Source of the DNA: Lytechinus pictus
Lineage: Eukaryota
NCBI RefSeq assembly: GCF_037042905.1
Contig: NC_087245.1
Coordinates: 34,536,001-34,600,000, forward strand
Length of the DNA stretch: 64,000 nt
Reading direction: 5' to 3'
Part shown: in pieces, positions 40,917-54,600 of the stretch
How positions within the stretch are numbered: position 1 is the first letter of the stretch
Layout: each line of letters opens with the position of its first letter
The notes under the pieces: generated by a model
Told to the model about the DNA's origin: nothing
Database searches by the model: none
What the model saw: only the letters and a program-made list of their open reading frames with translations
Position numbers and translations under genes: made by a program

Positions 40917-41945
40917 CAGAGATGCCAACCCTCCCGATTTCATCGGGAGGCTCCCGAAAATTCATCCCAACTCCCGCCCTTACGATTACCATCCTTATCC
41001 TCCCGAAATTACGATTTTTTTTGCATTGATCAAATTGGATTGGAAGTACATGTATCGTCTGCTGACTTTAGCATGTAGTAACTCCATTACGTTTCGCTGC
41101 TACTAAATTCTGTGTGAAAGGCAGACAAATAAGGAGCAGCGAAAAGCTGGTGCATGTGATATGCCCAACGGGAATCCACTGTGCACCAGGCCGGTAGGCC
41201 CGGCTAGCTTCGCGAGGCGTGTGCGCTCGTGGCCGCTGGATTTGTTGAGTCGTGCGATGGAATATCGGTGTGTGATTTCGGCGTATTGATGGGTTGATAT
41301 TGACACGAAATGGCGGAAAATCAACAAAAAAAGACCAAGAAATGGTCTCAGAAGTATAAGACTGAATACAGTCTCCAGTACCCGTGTATTCGGAAAGAGG
41401 AATCTACCATGCATTTTGCACAATTTGCAGCGTGGACATTAAAGTTGAGCACGGAGGTCGTGATGATATTCGGAAGCACGTAGGGAGCAAACGGCATACG
41501 GACATTGCGAAGACGAGATCTTCGAGCTCCACTAGTACCCTGTTGACTTATTTCACCAAGCAGGGGACCAGCGAGGAGGAAGACGTTACCCGCGCTTTAA
41601 TAATAATAAAGAGGATAATTCCTCATTATTATAGTTGAACAGGTACTTTTCTTCTATTGTCCCCTCATTTTTTTTACATGTAAAAATGCATATTTGATAT
41701 TTTTATTTTTATGTCAAAAAAGTGGGAACAATGTTTTTTTAAAAACATGTGAAATGCTCCAAAATAAGGGTCAGATTGCACCAGAGAGCATCTAGAAACC
41801 CAGAGCTTCCAGGGCCCTAAGGCGGGCCCTCGACCCCGGCCGCAAGGGTCGAGCGCTCCGCGCTCAAGATGTGCGCTACGCGCACATAATTTGGTGTCGG
41901 TTGCAAATCCTCCCTAATTCTGATTTCCAAAAGTTGGCATCTCTG
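40917..41945 (+). mobile_element. Non-autonomous hAT-like transposon with 6-bp TSD
   Basis: Perfect 13-bp TIR CAGAGATGCCAAC / GTTGGCATCTCTG; TCGTTA on both sides. Confidence 0.88.
41310..41596 (+). pseudogene. Frameshifted N-terminal transposase fragment (C2H2/BED-like zinc finger)
   Basis: MAENQQKKTKKWSQKYKTEYSLQYPCIRK, then in another frame SERGIYHAFCTICSVDIKVEHGGRDDIRKHVGSKRH...TYF...VTRA, resembling hAT transposase N-termini; no catalytic domain follows. Confidence 0.75.
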
Positions 41946-42247
41946 TCGTTACAGCGTCACAATTTCACTTGCTAATACACACATACATGTACATGTAGAG
42001 ATTGAGCTTTCAAATGACATCATTTTCATAACGATGCCTCTCTGTTCAAGAGAAATATTGTACTTTGTTAAACCAAATGAAATTTGAAGGAAAAAAAAAT
42101 GTTTCAAAAATCCCCTACCTTTTTATAAGGCCAGCTCAAAATTTATGAGATAGGACCCAATCTACACTGTACATTATCAACATTGATTGTCAACCATCAT
42201 TTCAATATTATTTTTTCATCTACTTTTTTGTAGGAGACGTATGATAC

Positions 42248-42663
42248 ATGATGTCTACAAGAATCAAACGGAAACCAGCAAAGTATGCTGAGGATGACCC
42301 TCCAGCACCTCCAAAGAAAACTCCAAAGAAGCCCCCAGCATCATCCAATTCCGAAGTTGACCCGCCCCCCTCATCAAACACTCCCAAACTGACCACACCC
42401 AACGTGGCCACTCCCAAGGTAGCCACACCCAACGTGGCCACTCCCAAGGTAGCCACACCCAAGGTGACCACACCGAAACCAAGCAGTACCAAGGCGACCC
42501 CAGGCGCCCCAAGGTCTGGTGCCGGCAAACCTAACAAGAAGAAATCCCCAGAGGGGCAGAAGGAAAAGAAAGTTGACAAGGATGCTAAAAGACCTCTGCG
42601 GAGCTGTGAGAAGAGCAGATGTCCCGCTAAGATCCCACAATGCTTTGCTAAAGCTACAGACAA
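42248..42663 (+). CDS. KDM1B: KDM1B coding exon 1 (Pro/Lys/Thr-rich N-terminus, start of zinc finger)
   Basis: Acceptor ttttttgtag ends 42233; ATG at 42248 (or 42251); ends [21 protein letters not shown]; donor gtgagc at 42664, phase 2. Confidence 0.9.
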
Positions 42664-45600
42664 GTGAGCACAGATTTTCTAAAGATTTTTACAGGCTGGG
42701 ATATGATGCTGATAATTGTGTAATTGTTTCTAATCATTTTAGGACTACATGTCGTCGTAAAATCTAGAGCATAATATGTCAATTGGAGAAAGACAATGAA
42801 TAGGTCTGGCTCATTTCTTTAGAGAAAATCCATCACGGTTAGTTGTATAATACTTATGTAGGCAAATCTGTTATTCTCAGTTTTGTACTTTATTGTACTT
42901 TCCTAGTTTCATTGTGAGGGAATATGTTTTTTTTTCATAACAAACTGTCAGCCTATAGCATTTTGTTTTCTTAATCAGTTTCTCTCTGATTTTTTTTCTT
43001 CATATTCATGTTTAGGATGAATAGGGTCTGCATACTTATGCATGTACACAGAATTATAGCTGTATCTTATTTTTCAATTGTCTAATTACTTTATTAGTAC
43101 TGAGTGTAACCCTTTGACATTTTGTTTGTTTGTAGATGCGCTGGTTCTGGATATACAGCTCGATGGTATCATCTCTCAGCGGGAGAACATCATTGCAATG
43201 AATGCTTTGATTATTTCTACAGGAGGTTAGTTTCTTAATAGACCCATTTGTAAACATTGACATGTGTTAACCCCCCCCCAAAAAAAAAATCCAAAAACAA
43301 CTATGTATACCCTTGCAGATGCAGCTCAAAATTTCTATTTCAATGTTTAAATTGAGAATTAAATATTTAATAGCAGTAGTGGTAGAGATGGCAAAATCAC
43401 TATTATTTTAATCTAAGTTTCTCTCATATGTTGGAAGAATATCATGAAAAAAGATTACTCCTGCAATGCCTTCACATTCAAGATTTCAAGAGCTAAAAAT
43501 GTTGGCGCCTGACAAATTGGATGGAGTACCATGCATGCTTGTCAATGTGCAAAAAAAATCAAACCCGAAACCGCACACATCGGATGGATACCGGTATTCC
43601 GTCCACTCAGACCCAGGCCTACTTTAGACCACATTGCTCTAAACTGTCATATCATATTTCATCCATGTTTATTCAGTCATCGCCAAGGCTACCAGCTTAT
43701 CTCAAACTGGAGGCGTGTTTGGGGCAGCAACGGGAAGACAGAGCCAAGTCTCAAGTCCTACATGTCGGATAAAGTGCTTCCGTTCTGGCTTCAATGTACA
43801 CAGACTGGCTGTGGCAAGTGGAGGGAGTTCCACTCTACAGAAACCTTATCCCTGGAGGTTATACAGAACTTTGTCTGTGGATTTGAGGCAGGTGCAAAGA
43901 AGGTGAGAACATTAGTTTGATAATAATGGTACAATGTGTTACCAGCCACCCCCAAACCAACAATAGGTTGCCTTAAAGGGATGGTCCGGGCTGGAGATAT
44001 TTATATCTTAATAAATAGAGTAAAATTCACAAAGCAAAATGCTGAAAATTTGATCAAAATCAGATAACAAAGTTATTGAATGTCAAAATTTTGCTATATT
44101 CCGGTTAACAGTTCTAGGTATGTCTTTATGAATATTCATTAGGTGGACTGATGATGTCATATCCCCACTTGTTCTTTTGTATCTTTTTTATATGAAATTA
44201 GGTTTATTCAAATTTTTTCTACCAAGAACTAAAACAATTGGAATGACAACTGATTAAGTGCATTAGTTATTTATTGCTGCAATTTACTTCATCACAATGG
44301 AGACACATCATTAACACATGTATGAAAAAATGAAACATTTATGATTCCATGTAATAATGTAAGAAAAGGGAAAGTGGGGATGTGACATCACCAGCCCACC
44401 TAATGAATATTCATGACGATGTGCATATAACTGTTTTCACAAAATATCGTTATTTGTTATCCAATTTTGATGAAATTTTTAAAGCATTTTGCTCTGTGAA
44501 TTTTACTTTATTTATTGAGATATAAATATTTTCAGCCTGGACCATCCCTTTAACACCTAATCTGATTGATGGCAATGTAGTAGTGCGAGTCTCTTGCGCA
44601 TGATCTGACCGATGTGGAGATGTGTTATATACTGTACTCGATTGAAATTAAAGTGCAATTCTATAAAGTCATTCTTAATAATTTAGGTGAAACGTCCCCC
44701 TGTTATATACAAAACACAGTGATATGCAAATGCGGGAGTCTATTAAATCATTAGTCACATGACCAGTATTGCTATATTGTCATCGTCTTTAACAGGGCAC
44801 ACCATCAGATCACTGCAGTGTTCTTCAAGACCACAGAGTGGAGCAGACTTTTGATTTGGAATGGTTGTCTCTTCTTGTGATACCGCCCCTCCTTAAGAAC
44901 TCTCCTGCTGCTCCTTTCCTCACATCTTACTTTCCCGATGGAGTCGGTCTCAGTGCATCCTGCCCCGTTGCGTCAAGAAATGGAGGTAAGCTTCTCTATG
45001 CATTGAAAGACCAAAGTTACGCAGACTTTACAAACGTGTGGCACATGTTCTTAGTTATTATTATGTCAACTGCATACAGATTAGTGCTGTTATTGGTAAG
45101 AAAATTATCTGTCAATATATTGGTAAAAGTATCTTACTGATATCGACAAAAGAACATTTTATTGATAGGCCGGTTCGAATGCACTAAGGCAGTTTAGACA
45201 AGGCCGCATCCCGTCCACGTCGGTGCTGTAGCTTTAGGCTAGGCTTGGGCGACGCCGACATAGCGTAGCTGGCTATGCAGATTGTACACTGTCTGTGTCA
45301 GTCCAACTTGTTTACTTTATCTCAAGTTACGAACATGACGAAACGAATAACACCCACGAACTAAAAAGAAAGAAATTTACCTGTGAGGCTGTAAAGTGTT
45401 GTTTACTAAATCTCTTGTTTTGGTTATAATGTTCACGATTCTCAAATCCACCCGGGAAGCAAAGGCCAGCACTCGTATTCTTTTCCTTAGGAAATTTGCT
45501 CAATGTCCTTTGAAAACAAAGACAAGCATACTGAATTGTCAAGCAAACAGTGTATTGTATGAATGTACATCGTTTCTAGAAAATATTTGGAACAAACATG

Positions 45601-48600
45601 TATTTCAGATGTTGACGTTGCTGGCTTTCCATAGTTGCGATTGATCGGATCAATTGTAACTCTTTGTAAGACGGGGCCCAGTCCTGGGTAAAGTCAGGTG
45701 TGAAATAACCCCCAGGGTCTAGTAACATAAAACCTTGCGACCGATCATACAATCAATTGGAAAACAATATAAATGGGGAAAAAGGTCAATTATCTTTGTT
45801 GTTTTAAGATTTCCAATAGATCATTGAATGTCTTCAATCTCACGAAATTTCAGTCTTTAAACATCTCAATCAATTTTTAAGATATTGTACTGTTATGGTA
45901 TCAAAAAGTTGAATTCAATCACATTCTTTTGCAGATTTAATAGAAGAAGCCTTCAAACACATTTATCTGAAGTTTGTTTCTGTCTAACAATATCCATTCT
46001 GGATGGTTCATTAAAATGGTGTTGATATGTTCATGCCAAATCAGTAATCATATGTTCTTTTCAACAGGCTTTTGGGACTGCCATGAAACCCATCTCCCTT
46101 TTCAATCAAAAAGCACTTTTGACAGAAAAAAAAATGTTTTGCTTTTGATTTTATTTCAATACGTATTCAAGTCATTTCCAATGTTATGAAATTACATTGC
46201 TTATATGATAAAATCAAAGAAGAAAATCATCTTTCTATTGTCTTTTTCCATTGTTTTCTACTTGTGGCTTTTGTTTGTTATTCCTATCTGTCTATCTTCA
46301 TTTTTCTTAGGTTTATCCGAAGGGGATGAATCTTTTGGTAAGTTTTGAATAAAGTTTATAAGGTTGTGTATCTGTTAAGAAGTGCCATTTGTATAATCAC
46401 ACTCTTTTGTTTTTTTCCCTTTGTCATGTTCAACACGTAGTGCTATTATTTATATTTAAAAAAACACAAAAACTAATGGATAATGGTAGAGAAATACTCA
46501 TTCTGTGAATGGTTATCATATAGGATGACAATATTCTCTGTAAAATATAAAGTGTCATGAAAAATAGACCTTGAAATCACTATTGTTAGGACAGTGATTT
46601 TCCTTCTTTTTTTTAATTGTCTTTTCCATTTGGAAAAATCAATTTCAAACTTGATCTAAAATCGAAGTTGTGTTTCGCCACAGGAAATATACACATCAAA
46701 AACATGAATTCCATTTTGCAAGGTTAATTCATTGAATTTAAAAAAAATGTAAAGAACCAATGGGGATTTTCCATTTTTATTTCCAGCTGATGGAAAATCA
46801 CTGTCCCTACTATTGGATGTTCTGTAAAAGCTTTAGTTTAGCTGTTATGAATAAGAGACTCCATGGCATTTACTCTGATGACAATAACTCCACTATGAAT
46901 TACGCACTAATCCAATGACTAGCTTCAACCCTGGATATAACACTATACCCTACCCTAAACTTAACCGTGAATCTAACATAAAACCCTATTGCAACCCTAA
47001 CCCCCGCCCTACATCTTAAACAAAATGAAGCCCGGAGCAGTTGTCACAGGAGCAAATGTTGTGTCACAGTTCAGTAATCAATTTAATTGGACGAGCCTGC
47101 ACCTGTTCTTAAAGAAATGTGTCACAATATGAATACTGTGGGTCATCATTATCATCAAGAAGGTACTAAACCCGTTACAGATTTTCAATTCTTATGGTGG
47201 TTTTGTTTCATCAGCTGCAGGAGTGAGTCCCTACTTCCAGCCGTTCTACCAACCCGACGAGCAGGGTAAAGCCCTGTGTATATGCCCCGATGTCATGGAG
47301 CATGAAGAGGTGGAGGAGTTTCCGGAGTTTGAAAGGGAACAGCAGATGTACCTTGCTCTCAGGAATCTGGTCCTGGCTCTGTGGGCGCAGAACTGTAAGG
47401 TAAGTATGTCAGTTAAAACTGCCTTAGCTACCACCACCTGTGTAAAAGGCCACCCATCTAAAAGGCCACCAGGTTGGCTTCCCCCCATGGAAATGTGTAT
47501 TAAAGGAACTAGTATACATGTGAAGACATGCTCATCAGGTGGGTGTTTCATAAAGCTGTTCGTAAGTTAAGAACGACTGGTGAACCTTTCTTACGCGATT
47601 AACCATCGTCAATGAATATACCATTTACCATAAGAAAGGTACACCAGTCGTTCTTAAAGTCGCTCTTAACTTACGAACAGCTTTATGAAACACCCACCGG
47701 GACTTCTTTCTTTGTCTTCCTTGGGCGGTCTTTATTCACAACGTTTACTGTATCTGGGTGTTGTTTTATGAAGCTGTTTTTAAGTTAACCATGACTTTTA
47801 TGTATGACTTGTGGTACTCTTACGAAATGGGGTACGCCAAATATTCTATCACAATGCAAATCTAATCAAATCTTGGTGAATATCAAGCTTTGTTTTCAAA
47901 AGCCCCCCCCCCCCTCAGATCTCGACTGTATCTGATAGGGATCAAAATGATTAATGTGATTAAGCCCCCTCCAAGATTTGCATCCATGGTAACCTCGTCA
48001 TTAGTGTAACTTTGATTGAAACCTTGATTATGATTGGCTGCCATGCCCTGTTACCATGGTAGTTACCATGATGGCAATGTTACAAAAGTTGTAACTTAAA
48101 TTCCCTCTATGCACATGAAATAGAGGAATTCTGTTTGCATACTAAAGCTAATTAAATGTATGAAAACTAGACTTGTACCATGAAACTTCTGACCAATATA
48201 AACAAATATTTTTAGATATATTTAGACTTTGTTTCCAACGTTAGAGTGTTGATTTACTTCTTTGCAGGAATTCTTGACAGCTCATGCCTGCACTCAAAGA
48301 CTAGTTGTACGAGGCCTGGTGAGGATAAAGTGTGCGGAGATCCTGGAACCAATCGTGGCCTTCCTGACCCGCAAAGGACTCATCAACACAGGACTTCTCA
48401 GGGACCCACCCAAAGAGCTCCAAGTCTGTCGAGATGTAGGGGTGGTAAGTCCTGGGACCGAAGCACAAAGCTTAGCGATTGATCATAGAACAAATGTTCA
48501 TGATTGATTGCATTGACCATAATGTACAATCAATCACGGAAAATCAATCATATAATCAGTTTCTAAGGACTTTGTTGCGTTACCCTGGTTGTTTTTCTCC

Positions 48601-51600
48601 AAATTTTTATCTGTCATGTATTCAGATTTATGTAAGTCTTTATTCCATATACTTTACAGAATCTTGCTATTGGATTGGTCAAAAATCAATCAATGATTAA
48701 TTGTACTTTTCCCATCAATCGACACCCATGGTGATGAAAGTTTTTGAGTTATTAATGATTTTGAATATGTGCAGAATAAAAGTGTATCACCACATGGTAT
48801 TTGGGTCCATCTTTTTCTCCATCACATGCAATGAAGTTCAAATAAAAAGGAAATCATAATTTTTATATCAAGATTCTTTCTTATGAGTATTGTTTTTTCC
48901 ATTATAGTAGTTTCAGATCAGTGGGGAATATGAGCATACAATCACCTCTTGATTTCGAGATGAACTACCACTTCCTCGGCAAGCTGAATGTACATCCTAT
49001 CTTTCTTCAACTTTGCTTTTGAAAGATAGCTAGATCCGTTTTCCTTGGAAGTAATAGATTGCCAATCACAGTGATTATTTGCTTAATATCAAGATCATAT
49101 TACAATGTGCATTATCAACAAAGAAAGTTGTAAGTGATTTGCTTTCTTTTTTTTCATAAATAAATTTTTATTTCATGTTCCATTTGCCATTGGAAATGTG
49201 CAATTAAAGTTAATGTGTTCATGAATCTCATTGTCAAATGAACCACATTAACATGTTATTTGACAGGGCAAAGTAATAGTCATTGGAGCTGGAGTCGCGG
49301 GATTATCCGCAGCCCGTCACCTGACCAACTTGGGTTGTGATGTCACAATGCTGGAGGCCAGGGACAGGATCGGAGGAAGGGTGTGGGACGATCACTCATT
49401 GGGTTCCTGTGTGGGTAAAGGAGCTCAGATTGTCAATGGATGCATCAACAATCCTATCGCACTCATGTGTGAACAGGTTAGTAGGCTCATCTCATTCAGG
49501 CATCATTTCTTTTTCTACAGATTTATTTCATTAGAACGACATTGCCCTTTTCTCACTGATTTCAAGGGCCTTATTTAGACCTAGTAAAATCTTGAACATT
49601 TGAAAACGAACAGTTGTTTTGGTCCATTCGACGATCTCATTTGTGCTCACACCAGCAAACTGCCATCTGTAATGGTGATAGGATGGTGTACAAATTTAGA
49701 AATTTTAAAATAAATCCTGGTGTAAATGTCAGATATTCATAAATAAATAAACATAAGAGACTATTATTCTTGTCAAGTGTTATTCTGAAATGAATTAAAC
49801 AGTTCAGAATACAAACCGCAATTTTTTCATAATTTGCATACTATAATTTTGTTGATTCTATAATTGATACTATTTTTTAGTATTATATTGATTATTAATT
49901 ACTGTTTATTTATGATTATCAATATTATTATGACATATATGCCAACTGATCCTATTGAATAGGAATATTCCTATATTTGGGGAAAGGAAAATTGCCATTT
50001 AACATGCGCTCCTATTTTTATGAAAATTGTTTATGTATTATTTCTTTTCTTGTATTGTTTATACTGAAATATGTTGTTTTGTCTAAGTTTCTTTGCCAAA
50101 TGAATAATAATAATACATTAATAATAAACAGGACATTTCAGAATATTCCTATATCTGGCAATTTCTCAGTAATTTTTTCCTTGACTTTTGATTTTTTTTA
50201 CATTTACGGTAGGCTTTAAGATCAGGGTAGCTGTGCTAAAGCCGGGGTAATAGTATGCAGCGCTGAGAAACATTTGTATTAAGCGCTATATAAATATTGT
50301 TATATTATTATTATTATTGATATTGTTAATTTATTAGTTTGTATAATTATGTATTCATTATTTGCAGGGCGGTTTCAAGCTTCGAAAGATGCATGAGAGG
50401 TGTGACCTGCTTGGAGAAGGAGGGGTTGTGACCGATTCACACATCGACAAACGGGTCGAGTTTCATTTCAATGCCATGTTAGATGCCATCGCTGAATGGA
50501 GAAAAGACAAGTTCTCGAGCTCAGACTCACCGCTAGGAAGTAAGTGCATTTGTGAGGGTTGATCATCATTTTTCGCCCGCCACGTTCCTTGATTTTGATT
50601 GGCTAAGAAACACTATTGCTATGGTAACTGTCAGATGAAATTTCAGAGAAGTGCCTTCATGAAATGCTAGTAGGCACGGCGAAACTGACTGAAGCTCACA
50701 CTGTGTGAGTTTTAATTGGGAGTGGCTTTGGTCATAATGGTTGAATTTCTTGGAAGAGTTTACATTCCGACCTCTCTAATCTGGACAAATTGGGAACAGC
50801 ACTAATCGGTATAAGGGATTGGCTGGACATGGGAGATCAAATGTTTAATACACGCAGCTGCCTCCCCAGTGGTAGCTACACGTAATCTATTGTAGTTGGT
50901 GTACGCTTACACTGTTTCACTGCTGTCAGCGCAAAATAATAGGTGTTTTTTTATGGATGTGTGTTGCCAAACTCTTGGAATAATTTGCTTGCTTGCATTA
51001 TCGAGGAATGTGTCAAGCAGTTTTGGATTGAAAGGGAATGTTGCAGCGTACTAGAGACAAACAGATTTGAGTTTCAGAGGTTGATGTGTAGAGTAATGTC
51101 ATTCTATTGGTTGGCTTGATATGTGATCCTATGGGGTCATCGTGGTCGTGTGGTTATGACTTTGTCTTTCAATCTGAGGGACGTGGGTGCAATTCCAAAC
51201 CATGGTGTGTTTTCCAAGAAATTTATCCACATTGTGCTGCACTCGACCCAGGTTAGGTAAATGGGTACCTGGTAGGAATTCATTCCTTGAAGCTCATGAG
51301 CACGTGATAGCTGCTCTGCTTAAGCCAATTCTGCTCATTTTTGCTGCATTACTGTAGAGCGCTTAGAGACTTCTGATAAAGTATTAAGCGCTATATAAGT
51401 AAATATAATATTAATGATTATTATTATTATTATTACCATCATTATTATATTATTATTATTATTGTTATGATTATTATTGTTATTGTTATTATTATTATTA
51501 TCATTATTTTTATTATTATCCTCAGAGAAAATCATGGAGATGCACCAAACGTTCATGGATGAAACCAATTTAACATTCACAGAGGAAGAAGACAAACTCT

Positions 51601-54600
51601 TACAGTTCCACATCAGTAATCTAGAGTATGCGTGTGGCAGTAATCTAGCAAAGGTTCGTAATTTCCTTCTTTAAGGAGAAAAAACATTGGATCAGACGTT
51701 AAATAGTGTCTGGACTCTTTTCGTTAAGATACATTAATTAAATTGGTGCATATATAATTTGATGTGAGAGTTTCTAGAGTCAGATCAGTGCACAATCTTA
51801 TTATAATTAGGAATGTCATTTTCTAGAGGAAAGCAGAAAATGCTTCTTTTCTTGCATATTTTCTTCCGTAGCAAACACTTTATATGTACAAAAGACTTCA
51901 TTTTGAATTAATTTCCCAAGCTATATTTCAATTTAAAGTAGAATCCTGGGATAGTGATAACAATGAAGATGATGATGATGATGACAATGATGATGGTGAT
52001 GATGAAGATGTTGAATATGACAATAAAGATGATTGTGATGTGAATGAAAATGATAATGATGATGATGTTGATGATGGTGATGATGATGATGATGGAAATA
52101 GAAATGATGATGATGATGATGATCATGATCATGATGATGATGATAATGATGGAAATAAAAATGATGATGATGAAAATGATGATGATGAAAATGATGATGA
52201 TGATGATCAGGATGAGGAGGTTGATAATGAGGAGGATGACAAAAACAATGATTTCTCTGAACATAGGTAATTTGTTCGTACAAACCACACAACTTGCACT
52301 TGTTTTTATGCTTCCTTTTTAAGGCCAAGTCAACCACAGGAAAATGCTGACTTGAATAGATAGATAAAAATCAAACTAGCATAGTGCTGAAAATTTCATC
52401 AATATCGGATGTAAAATAAGAAAGTTATGACATTTTAAAATTTCGCTTATTTTTCACAAAACAGTGATATGCACAACTACGTGAGTCAGTCGATGATGTC
52501 CATCACTCACTATTTCTTTTGTTTTTTATTGTTTGAATTATACAATATTTCATTTTTTATAGATTTGACAGTAAGGACCCACTTGACTGAACGATATATT
52601 AATAAACAATGCTAATTCCACATGTTCAGGGAGGAATTAAACGTTGTTTAACTTGACAATGAGGAGAAAATTAGAATATTTCATATAATAAAATACAAAA
52701 GAAATAGTGAGTGGATGACATCATAGTCTCCTCATTTGCATACCAGCAAGGATGTGCATATAACTGTTCTGTGAAATTAAGCGAAATTTAAAAATGTCAT
52801 TACTTTCTCATTTTACATCTGATTTTGATGAAATTTTCAGTGTTATGCTTGTTGGATTTTTCTCTTTTTATTCAAATCAACTTTTTGTTGGGGTGGACTT
52901 GTCCTTTAATGATCAGATGGGGTTGGATTTCTTCGATCATACTCATTAAACATTGCTCTAACAATGTTGGTGGTGATTTTTTTTTTCCATCTGATTGCTA
53001 AGAAAGCATGAATGCTGGTAAGCAAGCAATCAATTAAGGTCCTCTATGAGCAACCAGTGTTTCTTAACACAAAGGTTAGTGATTAATCGTACGCTTGATT
53101 TTCACGATTGATTGTACATTGTAGTCAATGCAATCAACTGTAGAAAATTGTTCTACGATCATTGCTAAGCTTTGTGTTAGGGGCCTCTGTTATTGAGGAT
53201 AAATGCTGTACCAAAAAGGCAACAGCATACCAAGTTAAAATCGAACCCGGGTCTTTATCAAAAGCAATGTCCCTGACAAAGTGACTAAACACAGCAATAT
53301 TTACATGTCCTCTATTTATAACAGATGAATTTTGATTCATCCATACCCATGCTACTCACTAAGTACTACAATGTCTTCATCTTCTTTTCAGGTTTCCTCC
53401 CTACATTGGGATCAGAACGAAGCCTTTGCTCAATTCGCCGGCGACCATTGTCTCCTCAAAGAAGGCTATCAAGTTGTCTTTACCGAACTTGCCAAGGATC
53501 TTGATGTAAGACTACAGCATCAGGTCACCGCTGTGGATCATTCATCGGATGATATCGTTGTGACAACCAAGGATGGTCAGACATTCACAGCTCAGAAAGT
53601 AAGTCAGAATATCAACAATTTTTCACAGATTCTGGTCCCTTCTGCCATTGCTGGCTTTCCATAGTATAACTTGGTTAAATCTCAATCACAGTCACTTTGA
53701 CATGGAGTCCAGGGCCAGTATTCAATTTGATACTTAATCCAGAATATTAACTATTGTATTCAGTCTTCTTCTTAAGTAAACAGTTAATTATTCAGTTTTC
53801 TTTTTTTGGGGTTAAATATTTTGCTGAAATATAAAACAGCCCCCCTGTTTGTCTAGCTTGCATGAAGTTTACAGACATATGATTCTTGTGCGTAGTAAAA
53901 CATTCTGCACACAGGTTGATACATATATTGCGCAATGTTAGGCTTGGACTATGTGACATCACAATAGGTATTAATATGTATTTTGCTTAAATTTGGCTTG
54001 ATTAAGAAAAATACTTTTAAAAAGTTATTTAAACAGAAGTATAAGCATGCTGCTTATCCAAGTAAAATGTTAGGTAATTTACTTAGTGAATAGTTTTATA
54101 GTTTAAGACATATTGTCAGTTTCATTTGATTTTCTAAATATGTCCTATAATGCCATAATTAATTCATTGCTATCATTTCAGTGTCTATTATCAGTGAATA
54201 AATTATACAATTAGTAGTCTTATAATTAGTAACTATTCCCTTTTGATAACTTAAATATTTCAGTTTTATTCATATTATCATTAAAGTAAAATATTAGTTT
54301 ATTTATGTATTGTTATTTTTTACTCATATTTTGACTTTATTTTCATGTATGATATGATTTTTGTTGTTCTTTATGTTTTCATCTGGTCATTAATGAAAAA
54401 CATTTTGTACCTGGATAAATATGTTCTAATGGAAATCCATCAGTGTCATTATTTTGAAGATAGGAAATGTTAAACGTTCTCCTTTAGGAATGAAACAGGA
54501 GCACAATGTTAAAACTTCCAAAATATTTGGAAAACGTTCAGAAATTATTTTGATTGAATATATGAATTTTTAGATGTGTTCTTTCGATGGCTTTTTGCAG

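Noticed and set aside
42220..42663. 147-aa antisense ORF
   Set aside because: Shadow of the repetitive sense exon of KDM1B.
46940..47010. Interstitial telomeric repeat (ccctaa-like)
   Set aside because: Only a few degenerate units inside an apparent short transposon relic (~46860-47070).
51884..52337. Poly-Asp/His/Met/Ile ORFs as an acidic KDM1B exon
   Set aside because: (GAT)n microsatellite; exons 10 and 11 join directly with continuous LSD2 homology.
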